In this document: positions 26,792 through 39,250 of the stretch, one piece after another
Layout: each line of letters opens with the position of its first letter
Position numbering within the stretch: position 1 is the first letter of the stretch
NCBI RefSeq assembly: GCF_028641065.1
Contig: NC_073389.1
Location: 19,964,001 to 20,028,000 of the forward strand
DNA from: Leucoraja erinacea
Taxonomy: Eukaryota
Direction of reading: 5' to 3'
Length of the DNA stretch: 64,000 nucleotides
Translations under genes and position numbers: made by a program
Notes under the pieces: model-generated
The model's input: the letters and a program-made list of their open reading frames with translations, nothing else
What the model was told of the DNA's origin: nothing
Databases searched by the model: none

Positions 26792-27282
26792 CTAAATTTA
26801 AAAAGGGTAATTAATTCTGCTTTGCATGTTTAAAATGCCACCTTTGACATTTGTACAATGACTGGAGTGAATACCAAATTCTATTCTTGCTCCTTTTATT
26901 TGAGAATATTATGCAAATTTATTCCAGCAGAAAAACTATGCAGAAATATTTGAGTCCATCAGTAACTGGCTTCATTTAAAACTGTTTTGTATATCAGCAT
27001 TTAAGCTGCAAGAGTAATCAACCAGTTAATAATGGATTTTGGGGCTGCAGATGTTCTTTAATAATGAGATTTGAACAAACTCATGAAGAAGCTAGCATGA
27101 GATGCAGGGAGTTTTAAGAATCAAACATTTTGTTTAATATTTTTACTTTCATGTAGTCACTGCTGTATTTATTTTGTGTTTTTGAGCAATTTTATCAACG
27201 CAATGTGTTGTAGGAAAAATAAGTTACAGGCTATTGTTCAGCACTGTGCATGTCAAAGTGAAGATAAAACACAATCTAATTC

Positions 27283-27683
27283 TATAGATGGTGTAGTGCC
27301 AGTAATATGTTTGTGGCTGCAGGAGTCAGTACTTTAGAAGCTATCCTAAGACACCACATGTATAAATTCATTTGCAGGATAAATGACTGTAAAAATGTGC
27401 TTATTGTGGCCTTGACAAACATAAGGGTTAGCACTACACGCTACGAATCCCAGTTGTGGAGACACTGCTATCGTTGTCTCGTTGTAGGACATTGATCATC
27501 TTTTAATCTGGATTTTTAACTTAAGTATTGTGGGTTTTTGTTAAATATAAATTATGATGTTTTTATGTGATGTACCATGATTTTATATATATTTATGATA
27601 TTTGATATGCAATGCATTTTTAATATAATGTTGCACCTTGTCTGGACCTTGAGTCCGTAATAAAGTTTATTATTATTATTATA
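27283..27683 (+). mobile_element. RTE-X-like LINE 3' end
   Basis: Peptide RWCSASNMFVAAGVSTLEAILRHHMYKFICRINDCKNVLI resembles RTE-X ORF2 C-termini; the 3' UTR ends AATAAAG(TTA)n. Confidence 0.6.
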
Positions 27684-27710
27684 TAGACAATGCTGCATAT
27701 TGCATTGCGA

Positions 27711-28110
27711 GTGTCGAGACTCCTCTTCAGACTGAGAGTCTGGGGAGATGGAGACATAGGGATATGGAACGTAAGGTGTGACAGAGATCAAAGGGGACGA
27801 TGATCAAGGAAAATGGAGAATGGTTCATTGTTAGTTGTAGGGAAGGCAACAACAAGACATGCAATCAGTAAGATTTAATCAGGAGGACAGTGAAAGTAGT
27901 CGGAGAACTAGGATGGGGAAGGGGTTGAGAGAGAAAGGGGATGCAATGGTTACTTGAGGCGTTGGAGGTCAATATTCATACCACTGGGTTTTAAACTGTC
28001 CAAGCGAAATATGAGATGCTGATCCTCTAATTTGCACTGGGCTTCACCCTGACAGTGGAGGAGGCCCAGAACAGAAAGGTCAGTTGGGAATGGGGAGGGG
28101 GGAGTTAAAC
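27711..28110 (-). mobile_element. Penelope-like element fragment (GIY-YIG C-terminus and 3' region)
   Basis: 28000-28100 matches 44300-44400. Confidence 0.75.
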
Positions 28111-28519
28111 TGTTAAACTGCACGGCGCAGACTCAGTGGGCCGAATGGCTTATTTCCGCGCTGTATCTCTAAAGTCTCTATCTTTACCATCCCTCTTTCT
28201 ACCTTTATTGTGCCCAATCAGCGGGCATGGGGGAATTTAAAGAAATAGTATGTCCTACTAGAATGTGATTCTTGGTTTCCGAAGAAATTTCATTATAGAA
28301 CATTTCATGATATTAAAAAAACAATATGTCAATGGGGGTTAGGGGCTTGAAGGTTTCAGATTTGCAATGACAAAATAATTTCTTCAACATAAAGGTCTTT
28401 TTTATTACCTGCAACATTGTTTTGTTACTGCTAGCTAAAAATACCAAAGACTCAATGGTATATTGTTTAATGAAGTACCATTGCATTAGCGTGAATAGAA
28501 GCAATATATGTCATTTTAC

Positions 28520-28673
28520 ATGGTCGCATGTAGTGAACCATGTTTTCAAGAGAGAGTGGTGCCTTATCACTGCAAGATGGAAACCAATTATTTTCCCTTG
28601 ACTTTTTTTTCAGGACAGCTTTTTTTCTCTGCTTGTCAATTTCCGAATTAACTTTTAAATGGTGTCCTCGGTC
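28520..28673 (-). pseudogene. Candidate exon, 154 nt, open: DRGHHLKVNSEIDKQRKKAVLKKKSRENNWFPSCSDKAPLSLENMVHYMRP
   Basis: attactctcag| acceptor; weak CAT|gtaaaa donor. Confidence 0.3.
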
Positions 28674-29929
28674 CTGAGAGTAATAATGTCCTAACCCATT
28701 ATGGCCTATATAATGCAAATAGTATTCCCTAATTCATCAATGGCCTTCTATCCAACTCACATTATGAAAACATGTGTCATAGCAGAACTATCTAAGTTGT
28801 TTTAATTCAGTATATATGACTCAGGACACAGTAGCAATGACGAAGAAATTATAAGGGGATCAGAGTATTGTTTTTTGCATCAATTTTGAATATTAAAGGC
28901 ATGGAAGAAATGATTTTGGATATTTTTAAGGCAGAGATAGATAGATTCTTGATTAGTACGGGTGTCACGGTTTATGGGGAGAAGGCAGGAGAATAGGATT
29001 AGTAGGGAGAGATAGATCAGCCATGATTGAATGGCAGAGTAGACTTGATGGGCCAAATGGCCTAATTCTTCTCCTATCAATTACGACCTTATGACAGAAT
29101 GAATATAGAAAATGCATATTCAAAAAAAGATTTTAGTGGAAATATGCACTGAGTTTGTTCTAACTGATATGAGTGTCACAAACAGGAAGGAAAGATTGAG
29201 GAGTTATTGCACAGTCCTTGATGATAAGAAATATTCAAAGGGTATCAGTTAAGGTGGTCCTGCACTTTCATGGGTTTTAATCACAACCCTAAAGCTGACA
29301 AAGAAATGGCAGTGACTCTTTAAAGCAATTAAGCTTAATAGCATTAATTATTAGAGAAGTCTACAGGGTTTCAAATGCAAACCTTGATACAATGCCTTAT
29401 CCGATGAAAGAATCAAATGCGATGCGACATCACATCACTCATACGAGAGAGGAAGGCTTGAAAGCGGGACATTTACACTTAAATTTACACAGGATAATTT
29501 ATTTACAGAGATTATCAAAAATAACCACAGGTGTTTTTCAATTGGAATAAAATAACTAAACATTGCTGTTCAATTTTTTTAAATGTCCAATTGTTGTCTT
29601 TAGCAATTGGGGAATAGAAATGTATCTATTTCTACCGACTAGATGAATCATTTATGCACTGATATTTTAAAAAATGATTTCAGGGCAATACTCTCTAATA
29701 AATTATTAGTGCGTCTCTGTTTGTAAAAGAAAACATGAACATGCATGACCCATCTGACATTCATTAGGATACATGTCTATTCTGAAACTGCTCTTGGGAG
29801 AACTTCTGATTTATTTTGTTGTCCTATTTTTCTACCTCTTTTACAAATGGAATTATTTTACATGTATTAATCTCTACTAACAGTGAATTTGACTTTTAAG
29901 TGATTTATTTATTTAGTCTTATATTTATA

Positions 29930-30210
29930 TACGTTAGACATTTTAGATACAGTGCGCTTTGGCCTAACGAGTCCTTGCCCTGCACACCAGTGCTTGGGAC
30001 AACTTTACACTATGCATTTGGGACAACTTTACAGTTTAGAAAAACCAATTAACCTACAAACCTGTAGGTTTTTGGAGTAAGAGAGGAAATTGGAGCACCG
30101 TGAGAAAACCCACACGGTCAAAGGGAGAATGTACAAACTCCTTACAAACAGCACCCGTGATCAGGATCAAACCCGGGCCTCTGGCACTGCAAGACATCAA
30201 CTGTGCCACC
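29930..30210 (-). mobile_element. HE1-type V-SINE; a second, older copy lies at 30605-30885
   Basis: V-domain and head on the minus strand. Confidence 0.8.
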
Positions 30211-32067
30211 TTATATCTTAAGTTGCAAAAGTATTACGTCAAGAAGCTACATCCTCAATATAGTAAACGTTACGTGTTCTAATTCTTAAATTAATATTAA
30301 TATACTTGTTGTGCAGGCTTTGATTTCTCACAAGAATGATGGTGAAGCAGCCAGCACCACACGGTGATAGACATTAGTTTTCTATGAGCTCAATTAAGGT
30401 ATCCAATCTAGTTGAATGTTCATCTCCTAACCTCTATTGGGGAAGGAGAATGCTCAAAGTTGCCCTAAAAGATCATTATTTAAAAAAATATTTAGCAGAA
30501 TGGTGGTAAAGACAACATAATTGTGGTGTCGATGAATGGAGCTGGATATGTGTGCAAATGACACTGTATAACTGCCAGGCCATTGTCTCAACAACAGTCT
30601 CACTTTTTAGTTTAATTTGGTTCAGAATAAAGCATGGAAACAGGCCCTGTGGCCCACTGAGTCCATGCCAACTACATGTTCAATGTTATCCCACTTTCCC
30701 ATCCACCCCCTGCATGTTAAGGGCAATTCAGAGGACTATTAACCTACAATCCCCCTCATTTTGGTGTGTGTAGCAACCAGATGAAGCCCATGTGGAGAAT
30801 GTGCAAACTCCCCACATGAGTGGAGATCAGGATCGATCCCGCGTCTCTGGTGCTGTGAAGAGACAGCTCTACCAACTGTGCCACAGTTACACCCTAAAGG
30901 GAACATTGAATTATCTGATTTTAAGTGATGACCCCCCCCACCTACTCCTCTCTCTTTCCTGTGCCCCCCACCCATTTCACAGTTATTCTGTGCTCCTCAT
31001 AGTGCCTTGAAATTTCATACTTAGCTTTAGCTGTCCTCTCCTTTTCCACTTTCTTAACCTCTCTATTGGTTTTTCACAAGCATCAAGCATCCTCTGTGAG
31101 GATTTGGCCTGTTTAATCTGTAGGACAGGTATTTCTCTAAAGCCTACCTATGTTAAAATAGATTGGGATTGGCAGTGCCTTGGGATAGGTTTAGTGGACG
31201 ATGACAAATCGGAATTTCTATGTTACAAGAAAAGACCCTGACCACTCGAGGCCAGCCACAAATGACCTCTGGTAGGGTGTTGCCTGGTAGGCCCATTGTT
31301 GGCTCGGGAAGGTGTGATCTCAAGAGAAACCATGTGGAGAACAGTGGAACTGGTAAAACGACTAGGAAGGAGGAAGGGGGCAAGGACATAAAGTGCTGGA
31401 GCAACTCAGCGGGTAGAATTATGGTTATTGATTAGGTTGCATGGATTTTACTGACATGCACATGCTCAAGAAGGAAGAAAGGAGTTGAACTTCACCATCC
31501 TAAACATTTCCCCTGGCTCACACCCTATTGCTTTTTAAATAGTCATTAAAGTGCCCTGTAGTTCCTCCTCGCATGAGGCAATGCTATGTTCAGTCAATTG
31601 TGTGTGTCAGCTTCAAAAGGCCTTGACCTAAGAGCTCCATGGGACTTCAATGGTAAACACATACTTGCTGCAAAAGATAGACTCAGAGTGCTGGAGTAAC
31701 TCAGCGGGTCAGATTACTTCTTTGGAGAAAAAGGATGGGTGACATTTCGGGATGGATTCCTCCTTCAGACTCATTCTTATGTACACTTGCATACCTGCTG
31801 CAAGTTTAGTTACAGTTCTTCCATTCGGAAGATGAGTTCTTACTACTTGCCATCCTAAATCATGCAAAAACAATTTTCATTTGAATGCCAAAATTGAGCG
31901 CCAGCAATCGTCTGACTCAGTTTCAGTACACAGCAGTGCTTCAGAATGAGTATAATCCTCCAAAAGCCATCCTTTCTGAGCATACACAACACTCAATGTA
32001 ACTAGGAAAAATGGACAAGGGAGAGCCAGTGGATGTGGTGTACCTGAACCTTCAGAAAGCCTTTGAT

Positions 32068-32790
32068 CAGCAATGTTACAAAATTTTGACTTAAAAAATC
32101 AAGTTTGCAATTTATCCCATCGGATAAAGCATAAAAAGAAGTTTAACTTGACACCTAATTCACTTTCATATCTTCAGTATTAAAAAAAGTTATGGCCATT
32201 TTCATACTCAGAAATTAGCGTCTTGTTCCCTATTGCTTGTCCATTGACAACACAAAAGCTGTGATCGAGGACAGTCAAAAGCCCATAAATGTCTTAAAAA
32301 TCAAGAGAACTGAATAAAATGTTGTTATTATAGATTATAGATTCTGAAACAAATATAAAACATCTTACTTGGATGACCTGAAATTAAAGCATATAATTAG
32401 TTAGTTACCTAATTGTAGTTAATTACAAAATTGACCATCATGATGGAAATAGTAATAAACGCCCAGACTGCATTGAAAATTCAAAAATGTGATATTCTCA
32501 AGATCAGAACTTTAATATTATTGTATTATATGCTGTAAGTCCGTAACAGATAGGTAAATAAATTACAATTTCTAGCAATAGACCAAGTCTTTATGGAGAA
32601 GATCAGTTGCTAGCTGGTACATTGGCATATCATAATCAGTAGCATCATCATACTCCTCAGATTGCAACCAATATACAACTCTGTACACCTTGTTTTTCCT
32701 CAACTTTTCAATTTTGGCATTGTAAACGCAGATAGCACCCGTTCGGGATCGAATCCGGGTCTGGTTTATGCAATCCTGTCTTGTCAATCC
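32068..32790. repeat. Unclassified AT-rich interspersed repeat, possibly a DNA-transposon derivative
   Basis: Sharp left junction with a 60-bp CR1 fragment; TTTATCC...GGATAAA inverted motif; no terminal repeats resolved. Confidence 0.3.
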
Positions 32791-34006
32791 AACTTGAGCT
32801 GTGGACAATTTAAAACATTGTAACACACTAAGTTGCTTCCAGGTTTCTTGAGCCTTCAACTGATCGGCTGAATGTATTGATTAATCATTGGCGCACAAAC
32901 TCCAAGCATTATTTTGCATGCTGAGCTAAATTACAACATGTTGGCAAGAAGAAAATAAGTGACACTGCTTTATATTCTGCTTGCAGCAGAATCAGTTCAT
33001 TGCGTCTAATTTTATATCCAGGAATTTACAGGGACAGAGAGGGAAATGCAACCTTGGCTGGAAATGCTAATCGAGGTAACTATTGATTGGCAAATACACA
33101 CACTTCTAGAGAATGCTCAAGAATGTCTCAAAGGACTCTTAAAAGCGTAAAGATTTTTCTGGCATACTTTTATGACATGATGCATTTGTCTATTTTTTAA
33201 TGAATTTTGTTGCTATCCAAGCAAGGTGCTTTCTCAGTAAGAAGTCATCCCTGTGTGGCATCTGATAAATGCTATGAAATGGGCTGAAGAGATTTAAAGT
33301 AATGTCCTCTGAGTTTCCAGTAATCAGAAGGGTGGGCTCAGTGGTAGAGTTACATCGCCATAGACCCCGGTTCAATCCTGACTGCGGGTCCTGTCTGGAC
33401 GTTCTCCCTGTCACTGTGTGAGTTTTCTCTGGGTACTCTGGTTTCTCCCCATACTCCAAATATGTACAGATTTTAGGTTAATTGACTTATGTAAATTGTC
33501 CCCAGTGTGCAGGATAGAACAAGTGCATAGGTGAGCGCTGGTGTATTGAAGGGCCTGTTTCCACATTGTATCTCTAATGTCGAAAGGCATGTCAATTGCA
33601 CCTAACTCTGCATTAACAATTGCCAGTATAGCAACAATATAGTTTGCAAATGCAAGGCCAGAGCCAGGAAACAAAAATGCTGTTGAATCTGAACATTGTA
33701 AACGTCTGGTTATTAATGCATGAAACTCTTACTTGTGTAGCAAAAACCTTCCTATGTCAGAGATATGAAAACTGTGATTGAAGATGCAACCTTTACGAAA
33801 ATATTGCTTGAAAAACATTTTCCAGGAAGAACTGTGCAGCACAGTGGCTCAGCGGTTGAGCTGCTGCCTTACAGTGGCAGAGACCCAGGTTCAACCCTGA
33901 CTATGGATGCTGTATGCATGTAGTTTGCACATCTCCCCTGTGACCACCTGCGTTTTCTTCAGAAGCTCCACTTTCCTCCCACACTCCACTTCATAATGGA
34001 GGAGTT

Positions 34007-34914
34007 ATAGACAATTGACAATAGGTGCAGGAGTAGGTCATTCGGCCCTTCAAACGAACACCACCAATCAATGTGATCATGGCTGACCATCGCCAATCTG
34101 TATCCCATTCCTGTCTTCTCCCCATATCCCCTGACTCCACTATTTTTAAGTCCTATCCAGCTCACTCTTGAAAGTATCCAGAGAACCAGCCTCCACCGCC
34201 CTCTGAGGCAGAGAATACCACACTCACAACTCTCTGTGAGAAAAAGTGTTTCCTTGGCTCAGTTGTAAATGGCTTACCCCTTATTCTTAAACTGTGGTTG
34301 TGGACTTCCTGTTGTGGACTCCCCGAACATCGGGAACATGTTTCCTGCCTCCAGCGTGTCCAAACCCTTAATAATATTATATGTTTCAATAAGATGCCCT
34401 CTCATCCTTCTAAACTTCAGAGTATACAAACCCAGCCACTTCATTCTCTCAGCATATGACATCCCAGGAATTAACCTTGTAAACCTACGCTACACTCCAT
34501 CAACAGCAAGTATGTCCTTCCTCAAATTAGGGGACCAAAACTGCACACATTATTCCAGGTGTGGTCTCACTAGGGCCCTTTCAACTGCAGAAGGACCTCT
34601 TTGCTCCTACACTCAACTCCTCTTGTTATAAAGGCCAACATGCCATTTGCTTTCTTCACTGCATACTTACTTTCATTGCCTGATGAACAAGGACCCCCAA
34701 ATCCCATTGTACTTCCCCATTTCCCAAGTTCACACCATTTAGATAGTAATCTGCCTTCCTGTTTTTGCTACCAAAGTGGATAACCTCACATTTATCCACA
34801 TTAAACTGCACCTGCCATGCATCTGCCCACTCACCCAACCTGCCCAAGTCACCCTGCATTCTCATAGCATCCTCCTCACAGTTCGCACTGCCGCACAGCT
34901 TTGTGTCATCTGCA
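34007..34914 (-). mobile_element. HER1/CR1 LINE, 3' 0.9 kb
   Basis: Translates as QGDLGRLGEWADAWQVQFNVDKCEVIHFG and LGLYTLKFRRMRG; ATTGTC-type tail at 34007-34025. Confidence 0.9.
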
Positions 34915-35478
34915 GTATAATGGCACAGAGGTCCTTCTGCAGTTGTACAGGGCCCTGGTGAGACCTCACCTGGAGTATTTTGTGCAGTTTTGGTCTCCCA
35001 ATTAGAGGAAAGATATTCTTGTTATTGAGGGAGTGCAGCGTAGGTTCACGAGGTTAATTCCCGGGGTGGTGGGACAGCCATATGATGAAAGAATTGAGCG
35101 ACTGTGCTTGTATTCACTGAAATTTAGAGGGATGAGAGGGTATCATAGAAACTTATAAAATTATTAAGGGATTGGACATGCTAGATGCAGGAAACATGTT
35201 TCCGAAGTCGGGGAGTCCAGAACCTGGGGCCACAGTTTAAGAATAAGGGGTAGGCCATTTAGAGCTAAGATGAGGAAAAAAAAAAATCACACACAGAGTT
35301 GTGAATTTGTGGAATTCTCTGCCTCCGAAGGCATTGGAGGCATTCCAGGCATTCACGATGCATTCAAGAGAGAGTTAGATCGCGCTCTTTGGGCTAGCGG
35401 AATCAAGGTTGTAAGGCCATGATCACATTGAATGGCAGTGGTGGGTCGAATGGCCTATTCCTGTAACTATTGTCCATG
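34915..35478 (+). mobile_element. HER1/CR1 LINE, 3' 0.56 kb, joined head-to-head to the previous copy
   Basis: Reads EVLLQLYRALVRPHLEY onward to the tail CTATTGTC. Confidence 0.9.
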
Positions 35479-37031
35479 TACAGCTTTGCAGGTAAATTGG
35501 CTTTTGTAAATTGACCCTGGTAAATTAACCACAGAAGGTAGTTGAGGCCAGTTCATTGGCTATATTTGAGAGGGAGTTAGATGTGGCCCTTGTGGCTAAA
35601 GGGATCAGGGGGTATGGAGAGAAGGCAGGTACAGGATACTGAGTTGGATGATCAGCCATGATCATATTGAATGGCGGTGCAGGCTGGAATGGCCGAATGG
35701 CCTACTCCTGCACCTATTTTCTATGTTTTTATTTTTCTATGTATAGAAAAGTGCTAGTATATGAGGTGATCTTTGGTCGGCGCGGTTTCGGTGGTCCGAA
35801 GGGCCTGTTTCCGCATTGTATCTCTAAAGTCTAAAGTAAATTGGTATAGTAGAATTTGTAATTGGCAAGCTTATGTATGACACAAAAGTTGGGGATAGCA
35901 CACAGGATGTCAAAGACTACCACAGGAAATAGATCAGGTGGAAAATGTTGCCGTAACTCGGCAACTCAGCCAACATCCCTAGAGAACATGGATAGGTGTC
36001 ATTTCAGGTTGTGTTCCTGACCCAAAACGTCACCTATCTATGTCCTCCAGGGATGCTGCTTGACCCGCTGAATTACTCCAGCATTTCATGTGTTTCTGTG
36101 GTCGACCCGCTTCTGCAGTTCCTTGTTTCTCCAAATTTACAGTTTCCTCGAAGTGCTAACACCAGTGGATAGGATGGTGTGGAAGGCATGTGATCTTTCT
36201 TATTGTCTTTTGCATTTGTTCATAAGTTCATGTGATAGCAGCAGAATTCGGCCATTTGGCCTATCAAGTCGATTCTGCCATTCAATCATGGCTGATCTAT
36301 CTCTCCCGCCTAACCCCATTCTCCTGCCTTCTCCCCATAACCTCTGACACCCGTACATAAGCTGAGTTCTACCATTGGTGGGGATGGAGATGCACATGGG
36401 ACCTGCTTTACCCATCAATTACTGAATTAGCTATTCTGACTTGCAGTAGATAGAGGGTTGCAGAACAGTGACTGAACTGTTGACTCTTGGATCTCTTGGC
36501 TCTACCTATTCAATGGTCCTTTCACTGTATGGTATGCATGGTGGTCTCCATTGCAGTTTTGCCACGTGCCACTTCATTTTTCAGTGCATCCTCTCCTATT
36601 TCTATCATGTTCTTTCACACTCCTGAACAAATCACAGTTGGGGAGGAAATGTTAAGGGGATGGGTAAGTGCACTGTGAGCCTTCATTGGTTTTGGTCCCC
36701 GAACCTGACAGCCAGGAAGAAATAATCGGAGTATGTATAAAAGTGCTTTATTCGGTATTACTGAAATCCAAGATACATTTGATTCATTACTCTGCACTGT
36801 TTGTGAACGAGCAATAAATTTGTCTTTCTTTATGTGGCATGGACATGCAGGAAATTATTTTTGCTCTTAGTTCAGATTTAACAGGAATTTACAGTGCAGA
36901 TACAAATTGTTCAACTCAGCTAATCTATGCCAATGTGAAGCCATTAATCATTTTTTCACAATTTGGAAATGAATGGTTTAATCAATATACCAAATTTTAA
37001 TCATACTCTTTGTGTTTGTTTGTTTTTATAG

Positions 37032-37120
37032 GTAAGGTCATATTGGTTGTTATTTATTGTGGTATTCTGCAGAATGTGGCAAGTTTGGAGAACGAGTTCT
37101 CTGCAGTACGCTCTGTGTTG
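37032..37120 (+). other. Isolated exon-like segment, 89 nt
   Basis: Long T-rich tract + tttttatag| acceptor and TTG|gtaagt donor; two open frames (GKVILVVIYCGILQNVASLENEFSAVRSVL or VRSYWLLFIVVFCRMWQVWRTSSLQYALC). Confidence 0.3.
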
Positions 37121-39250
37121 GTAAGTGATGAGAATGTTGCATATTGTGCCTGTTATTTTATATCGAGATGTACCACGTTGGATTGCTGCTTACCTGATAT
37201 TTTGTGGCTTCTGCTTATGTAAATGATTTGTTATAAAGGACTTCTGTTGTGACTGTGGACAAATTGGAATTGAACTGAAGCATGCTTGACTACAATACTT
37301 ACACGAGGCCTGGTATTCTTATGGAACAGAGCAATTGTTTTTGCCTCTGAAATTATCAGCAGGTGCGATCTTGGATAAATGCAATTCAAGGTTAACAGGT
37401 TGTTTCTTCCATTGTGGTAAAAATTCAGAAGAATGCAATCGGTCTCCATTTTGTTTGAGTACATGCATCCACTATAATTTACTGCTGGATCAAAGATGAC
37501 TGTAGGAATTGTGTCTTGTGTACTTTAGTAGCATGTAGAATTGTGCGTAAGAATATACGCACATGCATTGGCAATATATTTGTATATATTTTTTGCAAAT
37601 TTAAAATATATATATAACACATGCAGTTGCATAAGGTGTTTGTTTCCATGTTTAATTCATGTGTGATCTAAGTGCATTTCAAGAGAATATGAGAAATAAA
37701 GATAAAGGATTAACACAGGATGATAAATTACAGTCTCAGAACAGAATACCTGAATTTTACTTTTGTGCTTTTGAGCAATCACAAGAACAAACGTAAGCAA
37801 TTGCAAGAGCGATAGTCTTCTTCTAGAACAAGGAAGTTAGCCACCTGCTGTAAATCAAGAGCATAACAGAGATAACAGTGCTTATTACTGGTCTCCGGGC
37901 AAAGGCAAAATATTCTATACTGTAGTAATAGAAAGAGTCTACTGTGCAAGGCAGAAAGATTTTGTGAGTCATTATTATTTAATGGTGCTCTGCCCACTCA
38001 CAGTGCATTCATCATTAATCAACATAAATAAGGAACTGAAATGTGTGCTGCAGGGCATATTTTCAAATGATATTTGTGAACATTTTCAGTTCTGTATGTG
38101 CAGTAATTCATTCCTGCATCATTAACCTTTTCAAGACTGGTTATTTTCATTCTGCAGACAGTAAGACCGTCAGTGCTGCATATGAAGCACATTAGCATCT
38201 TAAAGATTTGAGCAAGGTCTTGCAGGAGATTGAGAGTTTAATTAGCCACTCATCTTGAAAGTGTTGAGAACCTCGGGCTACTTTTCTCAAGGGCCTGTGC
38301 TGGAGATAGTGGATTTCCAAAGACATGCATTTTGTTTATTGTTAATAACAACAAAATCAGTACGACAAAATAAACTCAATTTATCAGTCTTCTTGATGGC
38401 CCACATGTTGAGTATTCTACATTTGGACGGGTTCCACTGCATCAGGCACTGTCGGTGATTAACTCTATCGTGTGGCATTGACGTAGAATACAAAGTGAAT
38501 GGGCCTTGGATGTTTCTGTCTGGAAATTCACCTGTTTGCTTCTAATTGTTCTCGCTGTCACATGGTACCAATTGAGCAACATTGAGGTGTAAGGGATGGA
38601 AGGAAGGGTCATAGTATTGATTTATTAATACAAAACATCATTAGTCCAATAAATCGTTACCTGCATTCCTCAGTGTAAGTGTCACTGAGATTGAGATTTT
38701 AGGAATAGTTCAAAAGTCCCCAATTTGTTCACCACACTTTGGCGACTTTTCAATTTTGTTCTGACTTTGGATGGAAACTGTACAATGTTCAGTAGAGCAT
38801 TCCACTTTGGTTTTTCCTGGCACAAGAAAAATAAGTCCCTTCATAAGTCCCGTCTAGTCAAATATCTACTACAAGTAGTTTTTTTAAATAGGTAACGTCT
38901 TTCTTTTGAATTAATTAATTTTGCATTTCACTCAAATCAACTTGAATTTCAATTGTTTTTGATCCTATTTGTTAATCTTGGAAACCTTACTTTTGCTATT
39001 TTATTTTATGTTTGTTTGAGTTTTAACAACGTTTGATACATTTTGAATCTTTCTGGATGGCAAGGCCTTGTAGAAAGATTTGTAGTCTTTGATTGGTTTG
39101 ACATCCAGCTATGCCTGTATGCTTTGGTTGACTGTCAAGGCTGTTTTAACCATCTCGCAGGTCAGGTTTATTTTGTACACAGGATATCTCCCACCAACCC
39201 CGACCTCTTCTATGGGTTATGCGACAGTGTAAGGTTGTTCAAGGTCCAGT

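Larger units (their letters stand above)
337..28673 (-). pseudogene. Candidate decayed multi-exon protein-coding gene of unidentified family
   Basis: At least 10 unique-sequence segments on the minus strand have polypyrimidine+AG acceptors, GT/GC donors and protein-like translations. Several contain stops or 1-nt frameshifts, and consecutive phases are compatible. No homology could be assigned by eye. Confidence 0.4.
33836..35840 (+). mobile_element. HE1-type V-SINE split into three pieces by CR1 insertions
   Basis: SINE pieces 33836-33990, 35479-35520 and 35741-35840 are colinear with intact copies. Confidence 0.8.
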
